DNA of 62,052 bases, the filler included, from Candidatus Omnitrophota bacterium (GTDB lineage: Bacteria > Omnitrophota > Gorgyraeia > Zapsychrales > JBDRMG01), in the NCBI GenBank assembly GCA_043812495.1. It is 7 parts of 7 records of this genome, joined end to end, with 100 filler letters (N's around TTAATTAATTAA, not from the genome) between each part and the next. Parts side by side here need not be neighbours in the genome. Positions count along the whole stretch, not along the records: positions 1 to 13,263 come from JBDRMG010000019.1; 6 more parts are not named here. One strand, given 5' to 3'. The position numbers and the translations under genes are program-made. Under the pieces are notes generated by a model. That model was not told where the DNA came from. It worked only from the letters and a program-made list of their open reading frames with translations, and searched no databases. This document shows positions 1 through 12,000 of the stretch, piece after piece. Each line of letters opens with the position of its first letter. The first letter of the stretch is position 1.

Positions 1-2
1 CT

Positions 3-3000
3 GATGCGAAGAATACGAGCAAGCTCTATCAAATCTGTATTTAATAGATAACCTTGAGAAGTTTTGACAGCACGGTATTCGTTTTGGCTTAGAATGTCTT
101 TTATCTGTTTGATTTTTTCAAGAGGAACATCCAGAAAAAATAGGCGAGATTCGATGATATTGAGTAGAGTGGCATTGATGGCGTAGCCTGGCCTGACCGC
201 AGGCGGTGCGGTTTTTAAAGGTGCCGTGAATTCTTCATCGAAAATTTCCTCGTCCTCTCCGATTTCAATGTGACTTAAAAGTTGTTCACATTCTGTCGCC
301 ATATTCAAATAGTCGGCCGCCTTGAGGATGCTCTCGCGTATTCTTTGATAATGGCGCGGATAATGCCAGAGGGCTTTTTCCAGGAGTTCGGATAGAGTCT
401 CTTGCGTTATCCGATCATAAATCATGACAATTTGGCGGCCGCGGTTCGCCCATTCTTTTGGCAACCGCGAAGAACGCAAAGTCATATCAATGATAAAATC
501 CGCTTGGCTGCGGTCCGGATCGATCAAATAGCGGTCATGGCGGCTGTTGTATTCGGCAAAATCAACGGCATAACGCGAGAGCGCCTCCAAGCGTTCGATC
601 TCTTCTCTTTCGACGAAAATATGGATATCTCCTTTAAATCCTTCATCGGTCAAGGGACGGCCAAACCGGCCATAGGGAAGATGGACAATGAGAACATCGT
701 ATTTCGTTTTGTAATAATCAACCATCTTTTGGATATGATCAACGCGATGTTTGTTATCCAAAAACAGAGCCACGGCATAAGCGTCTGCGCTTCCTTTGCC
801 GGTGATGGCTCCCTTAATGCCGTCCTCAAAGGCTCCTTTCGGGAAAGGTTCCATATCCCAATCAAATTCACTGGGATCAAGCATGATGATTTTGATATCC
901 TTTCCTGAAAGACCTTCCGAAAGCCTCTTGGCAAAAGCAGGACCTTGGGCCCCTGGACGGCCGGTCATGCGAATAACGATTTTCGGAGTTTTCGATTGTC
1001 GCACTAAAACTTGATTGTATATTCGGTCAAAAGCCTCTTTCGGACTTAAGGCTTCCTTATCAGAAGGATAGGGATTGCGGTAAATCGGCACAACATGAAA
1101 TCCTTTTAAAGAACAAAGATCCTGCTCTAATGCATCGCCAGGGAACATCGGCCCGACATAGTAGTCCGGTTCAAGCCCATCCCTCTGCTCCGCATCGATA
1201 ATTTCATTTAAAGCATCTTTATCTTCCTGCCCTTCTCCCATGGTCAGTTTTGCCGCCAAAGCGCGATATTTGACCAATTGCTCCTCTGTTGGAATCTTGC
1301 CTTGAGCCGAAGCTTTTTGAGACAACAGATACTCATCTCTTAATTTTTCCAACGCCCCCATGATCGCTGGATTATCACGCACAGAACCCCTGCGCCTGTT
1401 GTGGAACACCATCGCCACCCCGAATCCGAGCATCATCACTACCGCCGCCAGGAGGGAGTCGGGGGATGTGAAATCAAAGCTTGGGACGCCATGGGGCAAG
1501 AATGATACACCTAAAAGCTCACCGGATTTTCCGCTGTTGGAATCTTCTCCTGTCAATTCTCCAAGAACTTCTTCGGCGAGGCGCCGAACTTCGGGGAACC
1601 TCTCTGAGAATTTCACATCACCAACGATCTCTTTTATAAGACCCAGCGTCTTTTCATCCCGCAGCCTTAACGCGCGGATGACCTCCAAAATCTCGATTTT
1701 TCCTTCACTAAAAACTTTATCCAGAATGGCGTCCAGGGCCTCCACCATAAGTTCGGTCAGTTCCTGAAATTCTTCTTTTGTAAATCGACCTTTCCATTCA
1801 AGAATAATCCTCGGCGCCAGGGGATAATCGTACCCTCCGCATCGATCTGTGATTTTGTATTTTACGCAGAGCTTAAGTTGTTCTTTAAGAAGACGAACGT
1901 GTTCCTGATGCGTAAAACGAAAATCCGGCCGCATATCAGCTTTATGAATATTAGGATTCTCAAGATTATAATCTATAAAGTACCGGATTAAGTTCTGGCT
2001 TTTTCTGTCAAATCCCATACGTTTTAATTTTCTCGCATAGACCTGCATACTCAATATAACAAACGGATCAAAAGCTCGCAGAGCCGTCAGAGAGTAAGAG
2101 GCCATCATAGACGGCATAGCCAGTTCATTCAAAGAAAATCGGCTGGGTTGGTTGTAGCTAAAGGCATACTCAAGAAAGGCCTTAATGAGTCGTTTATAGT
2201 TTTCGGGAAATCTCAGGGCCCATTTTTCTTGGCGGGGTCTTTGATAAAGATAGGGATCGCCTTGGAGTTCATTCTTCCATGGATTGATCCGCTCGATATA
2301 ATCATCGACCATTCTTTCCTCTTCTTTGTAGCTTATGCCCTCGATCGCCTCTTCCGGGTTTGTTGTTCTTCTAAACAAGCTGTCATCCATTTGAACCTCG
2401 ATATCGAAAGATACAAGCGTAAAGCGGTTTTTCCAATTATCAGGAAGCACATCGAACTTCAGATGACCTGGTTTCATCGCAAAAATAACGCCCAAATCTT
2501 CAGAGATAGCAAATTTATTTTCTTCAGAATCTTTCGCGATGTTCCATGCGGGCTTACCCATACCATTGAAGGCAAAGACTCGTTTGGTAAAGTCAGGTTC
2601 ATAAATATACATCAGCTCAAAAACCGAACCGGCGTAACGCGCATTGATCTCTCTGGCTGCCCTTCGGTCAATGAATGATTCATTGACCGGATAAACCATG
2701 GCCCATAAGAGAAATATTTTCTTATTTTCACGGCAGACCTTTTGGAAAGCGGTTCTGTCTGTATCATCGTTAATAGATCCCTCGGGATGTTTTTTAAGGA
2801 GATCATTGACGTAGCGAATTGCATCCGTTAATCCGCCATCTTTTTCGTTTTTGTCCTGAGGGAAACGATGGACCATGCCCAGCGCCATTGCGCATCCTGC
2901 CATCACCATCCCCGCCGCCAGGAGGAAGCAGGGGGAGGCGAAGTCAAAGTTAAAAATATCGGAAAAATTGCCGACCCCAAGACAGATACCGTTTTCAAAC

Positions 3001-6000
3001 CTTGCCTTGCTTGAGGCATCAGAGCTCGGATTTGTATCTTCTGCTATTTGAATGACGCAGGCCATTAAATTCTGTCCGGGATCGACTTCGGCGTAGCTAA
3101 CCGAAAACTCATAAATAGCCGGCTGAAAAGAAGCGGCATACAGATATTCATTTCTCACAAGGCCTAGATTGATAAGGAATTCATCGAAAGCGGCATCGAC
3201 AAAGGTCAAATACTCGATAACCCGGATACAGTTACTGGCGATAAAGCCTGCGACTCTGCCATCCCTTTGACCTTCCTCGTCTGTTAACAGTTGATCGAAG
3301 TGATGCGCGCGACAAGCGGCGTGTTGTATTTTTAAACGAAGATCATCATCGGCGATGTCCCCTGGATCAATAAGCGCCATCTTGACAATGCCAATCGTGT
3401 GAGACCCGTCTCCCGCTAAGTAGTATTCTCCTTCGGGTAACCGGCTTCCCGTGACTTCATCTAAAAGACTTTGCATGTCTTTTGAAAGATTCAAAAATGG
3501 AGCAAAAAGAATTGTTTTCCCTTCCCGGGTGAAGAATGTATTTCCGCTAGCTTCAAAAACAAGCCGAATTTCCCGCCCCTCTGATTTTTGAAAAACATTG
3601 CCGCCCTTTTCGCCAGCTCTTTTTCTTTTGAATATGCTCCAGATGCCAACGCCCATTATTATCAGCACCGCCGCCAAAAGGATTTCGAGGGAGGTGAGGA
3701 GAAAATCAAGAGGAATGACAATATCAAGTCTTTTGCCATCATTTTTACTTCTTGACGAAGCGTCATTTTTCAAAGCAGCCTGCGCAACCCTAGTGATTTC
3801 CTGTTTATCCACCTCAACATAGCTGGCTTCATAAAGAAAGCGCAACTGTTTCATGAGCCCACCAATGTCAGTCTGGCACAGACGATGAAGCGAAGTAAAA
3901 ACAGGACCCATCCATTTTTCTTCTGTCTCGTCAAAATGAAACATCATGTCATGAAATCGAAGGGGATCGAAGAAAACAAAATGTCCACAATCAGAAAATA
4001 CTTTAAAGAGCTCAAGTGACCCTCGGACAATGTCCCTTCTTGCTTGAATCGCGACCGAAGACTCGCGATGGGAAACATGAAGAAGATCATGGTAATCCCT
4101 AAAACCGCCGAGCCATTGTTCGCTGTAGAATTCAAAATTAGCAACCTTCGCAAAAGCGCCAAACCTTGGAATAAGCGAAGTCTTTGAGCTGACGGTCTGA
4201 AGGAAATCGACATAACCTTCCTTAAATTGTCCCCGGGCAGCCTTAAGGGCCATTTCGTATATCGACTGATCAGCAAGCTCAATACGCGCATAATAAACCT
4301 GGGTAAATGCATCCTCGGAAACAAAACTATAGCCGACTTTAATCTTTCCTTTTAGATTGCAATCTTTCTTGCCAAACAGACGCGCGAGTGATTTAAGCAG
4401 AAATCTTCTTTGTCTGAATAATTGTTGAATATCACAAGCGTCTGGCCCAGCACTTTGGCTATACACAAGAGGATCTTGCAGATTAGTTTTCATTCTGGTT
4501 ACTTCTATTTCTAGCGGATCCCCTTGTTCATCTTTAAAATTCTTCATGATCCCCACAATCCCAATCCCCATCATCACCAACACCACCGCCAGCATGGATT
4601 CGGGAGAGGTGAAGGAGAAATCAAAGCCTAAAGGCAGAACAATTTTGTAATCTTGTTTGTCCTCGTCTTCTTCCGGATAATCGCGCATAGAATCAAAGCG
4701 GACCCTGCCTCTTTCGCCCTCTTTATGCGTCAAGAGGATTTCACTCATCATGGCATAAGCGGGAATCAAAACACCCCTTTTTCTTAGTTCACCAACAGTT
4801 GTTTGGATGATAACGACATCGTCCCGAGAGGGGTTGCTGTGGAAAACACGGGCTGCCCTTTTTGCATCTATAAAGCCGCTTTCACCCACTCCCCAGTTTG
4901 ATTGATTAACGCTCATGGTCCCGGGAAGTCCGGCATACGGCCGCATAACACTGCGGTAAACACGAACATCGTCAGGAATCAACTGGAGATCGAGCATGTC
5001 AATGATGCGAACGATTTCTTCTGATTTCTGGATGGCGCCGCGGGAAGGGATTTTTGATGTGCCGGAGGAATGATCAATGGAAATGGGAACATTGCTCTTT
5101 AACTTGACTCTTACGGCTTGATCGCCTCCAGCGTCTATGAGAAAATCGACAATCGCCTGTAAATTATCATATTCGATATCATCGGACCTTAGAACTTCCA
5201 GGATCAAAGAGCGTATAGCGCCTAAGCTGATATATTGCCCGGCGGCCCTTAGGCGCACCTCTTCTCTCAATTTGAGAATTCGTTCTCGCTCAAACAAAAG
5301 GGGCCTGATCCCCCGACCGATGCCTATCTTTTCAGCCCATAAAACAAATTGTTTAATATAAAATTCCCGCGCCTTTTGAGAATCGAACTCAACAAACAGC
5401 AAATTTTCCAAAACGCCTCTAAGACGTAATAAATCCAATCCCCATGCCTCCGATTCATCCTCTTTATTATGCGCAATAGCCATCGCCACCCCAAAGCCCA
5501 CCATCACTAAAAGCGCCCCCAGCATGGATTCGGGGGAGGTGAGGGTGAAGTCAAAACCAATAAAACCTCTAAATTCTCTAACTGAATTTTTTCTATCTAA
5601 ATCTTTCTGCGCTATAACACCCCAAGCTAAAAGATTATTCTGAGAATCGTTAACATGAATAGTGACGATGTCTTCCAGTAATCCAAACCCATGTTTCTTC
5701 AAGAATGACCTTATCTCTTGTTCATCTTGAAATACCCGCCTTTGCAAAAATTCAAATAATTCCTTAGCTTCTTGCACATTTTCTATCTTCTGCTCGGTCT
5801 TGCTTATTAACCGTTCACCCTCACTGATTCTTTCAGGCAAAGGACGTAAGACATAAGCATTTTCGCCTAATTCAGGTTTGTGGACATAGCATAACTCAAG
5901 AGCGGCCTTCCCCAAAAGCATAAGTTCGTGTTTCGCTACATCATAATTGATTCTATTTATGCTATATGATATTAAACCAAATTCATTAATGCTGATCTCA

Positions 6001-9000
6001 GGAATCTCTTGTCCAATGGCCATCTTTAAATAATTCAGAATAAACTCTAAAATTGTCAATTGCAGGGGAGCATCTTCTGCTGTTCCGCTTAATAAAAATG
6101 AATCAGGATGATGTAGGATTAATATAACCTTTCCGTTTGGCTTAAGAATTCTGCTTGCCTCTTGAAAGGCATCATTTTTCTTCATATACGATAAAGAGAA
6201 TGAAAAAATAACGCCATCAGAAAATTCATCACCAAAAGGCATTTGCTCAGCTTTTGCAACTCGATGTCGAGGATCACCTTTTTTATCAAAATAGGCATCA
6301 ACTGAATAGGTTGTCATTTGGGAATTTTTTCCCTCAATGTCTTTGGAAAGCTTGCTATCTGCCGAGCCAATATCAACGAGGACTGCTTTGGGTTTTGTTA
6401 TATGGGTGCTTACGGCGCTGAGTATAAAACTTCTAGCATGTTTGAAGGGTTCGGCATCAATGCCAAAAGAAATATTCGTGTTATGGTCCGATTTCTCTCC
6501 GTTTCTGGAATGTACCATCGCCCAAACCCCAATCCCAAGCATAAAGAGAATTGCCCCCACCATCGATTCCATGGAGGCGACGCCAAAATCAAAGAGAATC
6601 ATGTGATTTCGTAAATGCTCCCCTGGCTCATCAGAAGAGAGGATGGGATAATCTCTAAAATCACTGCCGGCGACGTGTAAATGTCCTCCGGGTTTGGCAA
6701 CTGATCTTATTTCTTTAAATAATCTCGCTTTTATTGTTTCGTCGTGCATCTGCCCTATGACACGGTTAATGACCAATAGATCGACTTCCTTAAGGAGCGC
6801 TGAAAATGCCGAGGACGGCATCTCGCATGCGATGAGCCGAATATTTCTGTTAAACTCATCGGGACGTGCATTGAATTCATCCATGACATCGAGCCGTAAT
6901 TTTACAATAATACCATTCCTGGCCTTGTTATCACTCAGAGCCGTCAAAATGTCATATCCCTTTTTAAGTCTTTGTTCGGCTCCGCGAATGACTGTTTCGT
7001 TTTTATCCATTCCTATAAATTCAAGCTCAAATTCCTCAAAATCCGATATGGATCGTTTCAGGCCGCGCCTAACCAACGTCTTCCAGCTGATGATTTCTTG
7101 TCCGAACCCGCACCCAGCTATCAGAATATTTATTTTTCGATTACTCGTTTTTCTTTTTTCATTCAGGATGCATCGGATAATATTATCGAAATCGACGACG
7201 TTATATTGCTCTCGTAAAAAATAGCTTTCCGCTTGCGTTTCTCCGACCAGCGCAAGATGCTTTAAGAAAACATCGAACATACCCAAAAGGAGTCGATCCG
7301 TGCCCTTGGCTAACATATTCAAAACCCGATCATAGTTCCCTTGATATTTCCGACAGAAGAGGTCTGTGTAACTAAAATATTTTAGAAATTGTCCCGTTAT
7401 CCTTTTGTCTATGCCCCGCTCTTCGAATTGGCGGCCAAGCGTACCTCTCATCGCTATATATATTTCTGATTCATACTTTTCTGCAAAATCCTCATACCCC
7501 AGTAAATTCGGATATAGGCTTTCATCCCTTCCCCTTTTTGTCCATTCTTCCCTAAAGGATTGAAGTGGGTCATCGGATTTTTTTACCCTCACCATCATTG
7601 CCACTCCAACCCCAAGTATCATCAACACCGCCGCCAGCAGGAATTCGGGGGAGGGGAGGGTGAGATTAAAGGGAACTGCGGGCAAGAGGAGATTGACAGC
7701 GCTCGGAGCGTATGATATGCTCTTTTTAGATATATTCCCGGAATCTAACAAATTTGACAGAAATCTTAGAGGCCAAGACGTTATGAAAGTCAATAATCTT
7801 TTAGATAGAATCGTCGCCAATCCCGATATCCAGCACGGCAAACCATGCGTCAAGGGCACGCGCACCCCTGTATATGTTGTATTGGAGGCATTGTCCTTAG
7901 GATTAACGCCGGATAAAATCAAGGAAGAATACCCTCCCCTGACAGATGAAGATATCCAAGCCTGCCTTTCTTTCGCAGCGCTCCTTGCCAACGAAGAAGA
8001 ATCCCCTTTACGGCTTAAGACATGAGACTTCTTTTGGATGCCGATGTTCCCCGTTCTTTTGGCCATAGGCTTAAGTCCGAGGGCCACGAAGTTGCCGATG
8101 TCCGAGATATATCCAAAATTCCTCTGAAAGACGAAGCAATTTATAAGCTCGCTATTGATGAGCGAAGAACCTTGATTACCCGTGATTTGGATTTCAGCAA
8201 CATTCTTCTGTATCCACCAAAACCTACCTTTGGCATAATCGTCCTTAGGACCTACCAATTGTCGACCGATGGAATGTTCGAGGTGCTTCGACAATCGCTC
8301 CAAAAGACAACAGAGGATAAGCTCCGAGGAACGCTTGTTATCGTCCAAATAGACCGTCTGCGTTTTTATCGTTAACACCGGCACGCTCATCATCCATATC
8401 ATTAAAATTCCAACTCCCGCCGCCATCCCCGCCGCGAGGAAGAAGTCGGGGGAGGTGAGGGCAAAGTCAAAAGGAATCATAAGGCTGCTTATTGAAGTCG
8501 AACCGGAACCACCCGAAGAGATTACAATATGCTTACGCGTATACTCTAAGACAACCCTCATGACATCTTGAGCATATCGTTCAGTACATCTTCCTTCGAT
8601 TGGCTCTGCAAGAAGAACATCTATTCTTTGCATCAAAGGTTCTATTTTTTGCGGTGAAAGCCTGTGAACTGCTCTGATAAGGCATATCTTGTTATTCTCT
8701 TCTAATTGATCGGGATCAATCTCACAAACAGGAGAAATTTGATAAAGCAATTGAAAGACACGTTCTGTATTTAATTCAACAGTGACTCTTGCGATATCAT
8801 CAAAGGAAATAATCGGTTCATCACTATGCAATGATATAAAACTATTGAAGAGCTTAGTAATCCATTCTTCACCATGCTTAAGTCCAAACGTAATAGGTAC
8901 CTCATTGAATAATCGGCCAGCATACGCAGGGTCTTTCTGGATAAGCTCAATGAATATCGGTTTTACCCTATTTGTGTAGAGCTCCACAGGCGCATGGGCA

Positions 9001-12000
9001 TCATAATAACAACTACAAATTTCTAAAAGGGCGGCATGGACTAATTTGATCCAAAATAGACTGCCGTCTTTTGGTTTTGAGCCATCAGAGAAATGGACAA
9101 GCTCTACCAAGGATGTATTGTTGATGATTTCCCGGCTTACCATTTGTATGATTTCATCAGGGCCATCATCAATGGTGACAAATACGATGGAAGATGCGAT
9201 GAGAAGATCTCTGTGTTCCTGCCAATCCAGATCCAATTCTTCAAAGAACTCCATGGCCGCAAAAAGTCCTCGGCGTTCGCCATCCCAGCCTCTTCTAAGG
9301 TAAAAAATGTGAACATCTTCCAGCCCACATTCTCCCGCTTTTTGGTTTAATCCTCTGTACATACCTTCATGAAGCCCCTTAGGTATCCTCCAATCAAACT
9401 GCAAGGATATTAAATGCTCAAGATAATCTCTTTTTATTTCTATGGGAAGACCAGAGGATCTGGCTGCTTTGACATATTCAATGAGTTCTTCATGATGGGC
9501 TTTAAAGTATTCTTCGCTTGCTTTAAAGGCTGCTTGGCGGGCTTGTTCTTGAGTAAGGCCTTGTGTTAATGCTTTTAATCTTTCCGCTCCCTGACAATCA
9601 AAGATATCTGAAAGGACAACGGCAGGAATGTTGTCCTCAAGAAGCCTCCAGCTAATCGTAAAGACAATGACATCAGGTTTCTTTCTTACCTCTATAGTGA
9701 ACACTTCTTGTCTTGCTTCAGGGATAAGTACCACCTCTATGGACTGATCAGAGGGAGCATGTACGAGGACTCCCTTAAGCAACTCTTCTATTCTGCCTGG
9801 TAAGAGTTCCCTTTCGTGGTGATCAAGATCAGCTATCCCCCCTGGGCCTTTGGTTATTCGAATAATCTCAAAAGAAGCGTTCCCTATTTCTCTTCTTAAC
9901 GTAACAGCAGGCTTTGGTGTTTTCTTAAAAACCAAACCAGGATAATCAAAAGTACACACTATCCCTAAAATCCCAACCCCAACCAAAAGCCCTATGATCA
10001 GCCAGCCGGAAAGGTCACCTGATAAAATGAATATATGATTTATGGGGTCTCCTTCGCCTGGTTCAGTCTTGCTTTCATTATCCTTTGCCTCAGAAGATTC
10101 TTCTTTAAATGTGAAATCAGCGGCCAGGGCTTCTTTCAGGGTGGGAAGTTTTAGAATCGGCGCATGTCCGCTAAAATAAGAATCCACCAAAGCCTTGGCC
10201 CAACGCGCCTCTAGATACCCCTGATCAATAATGACCCTATCAGTCTCCACCTGCTCAGTATTATTTGGCGATACGACTTTTATGCGGCCGGTTTGTCGAT
10301 CAATTTTGACCACACCGCCATCTGAGGAAAACCCGCTAATTTCATCCGCGGAGAATATCATCTTGTACTCAAATGAGAATCTTCCTACACATTTGGTTAA
10401 CAGCAAAATTGTGACGAACATTTGAAGAATCAAGTAATCGCGCATGGCTTCATTTTGGAACCTGGTTAATTCTGTACCGTCCGCGGCCAGAAGACGAATA
10501 TCTTCTTTTGCCAAGCGATAACCCCATGGACCAAGATAGATCGCAATCTTATGCTTTACGGCAAACACCTCTACATCTTTAAAACCGATGCGTCTTGACA
10601 CTCCTTCATATTGTTTGGAATCAAAACAGGTCGTCATGTCCCTGATGCCCGTTTCTTCTGGTTGAATCGCCATGGGTTCAGGTAAATCGAAAAGAAACTG
10701 GTTAAACTCACTTACGGGAAAGCTTGGATGCCGTACTGTCCATCTCAAACTGGTTTGGTCTTCTGCGCGCTTAACCGTAATCTCAGACAAAGAACCCTGC
10801 CATTGGTCGTGAATAATCTTCATTTGAGCCAAGAAAATGTCAAATTCCGTGTGGAAATCCTTAAGCCGCCCTTCGGCTTTTAGTTGTTCGCCGTACCATC
10901 CGAAGAACTTTTCTCTTATGTCTTCGAAAATGGCATAAGCCGTATCCTTGAGCGTGCCAAACAGGATATCAAGCATAACGACCAAGGCCGGTGTGTCGCC
11001 TTGATTTGCGAATAAATTTGCAAACTCTTTTGTTTCTCTAGACTTCTCTTGTTTAACAGCCTGAAATGTTTCTCTCGCTGAAACCATATTCCCTCTTAAG
11101 CGGAATGTTTTCTCAAGTCTTAGATCATCGAAAAATTCAGCTAATTCTTCATAATCTCGCGGCTCTAAATCAAAAGGAAAAATCAAAAAGCGCCAGAAAG
11201 TCAAATCATCATCATACGCTTGCTGATTTCCTTTTAGAACTTCGAGCAGGCCTTCGTCTGTCTTTTCCATGAATTTACTTGCGAAATATAGCATGTCTCG
11301 GTAAACGGAACTTATGGAAAAGATTGTCTCGTCCCAAGCCTGCGTCGAAAGGGAAGCGAAAGCATCTTCCGGTAAGCGCAAAAGAGCCACCTCCGGGACA
11401 AGAACAAGAGCCTTTAACCCTGTTAGGAAGGCCATCCATTGTTCTTTCATCATGTCTTCTTTTCCTCTTTGAGGGAATAAAACCTCGTATAACTGAGCGG
11501 CTTTGCTTCCCGGTTCTTCTTTGGCTTTCTTTTCCAAATTTGAGCGCAAGGTTAAATAATTGTTCTCTTCTGTACCAATGAGATCGGATTGAGCATAAGA
11601 CCCACCGAAAGTCTCCTGAAAGACATCGAAAAGAATCTCTGGAACAATGTAGGCTCGCTGACTAACCTTTTTTATGATACCGTCGAATGTTTCACGAGTT
11701 CTGGCCAACATTTGAGCCTTGCGCGCTTGGGCTTCTTCTATTTCTTTCTTGAGTGTTTCCAGGCATTCGTTTGCCTTTCTTAATTTTTCTTCCGGAGTGG
11801 TAGATTCGTTTATCTCGTTAAAGTAAGTCAAAAGACTTGTATGGGTCGCTTCCTCTTTCTGATCTCTCTCTCCTCCCAGATCCTCCCGAGTCCTCCAAAG
11901 AGAATCTAAACGAATTAAAATTCCGGTAATCTGGCCGAAACGTTTGACATCTGCGTCTAATCTATTCTCTGTTCGTTCAAAATCATCATATCGTTCAACG

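Noticed and set aside
5533..5543. GGAGGTGA (SD-like on the + strand) in several repeats
   Set aside because: It is explained by the Thr-Ser-Pro codons on the minus strand, and no consistent + strand ORF follows.
7660..7782. 41-aa N-terminal extension of the DUF433 ORF in the track
   Set aside because: It overlaps repeat R7 and the promoter; ATG 7783 fits the family length.
1410..8471. Linker repeats as a CRISPR array or classical attC sites
   Set aside because: Spacing is 0.7-1.5 kb, the copies are degenerate and protein-coding, no cas or intI gene is present, and I saw no RYYYAAC/GTTRRRY boxes.
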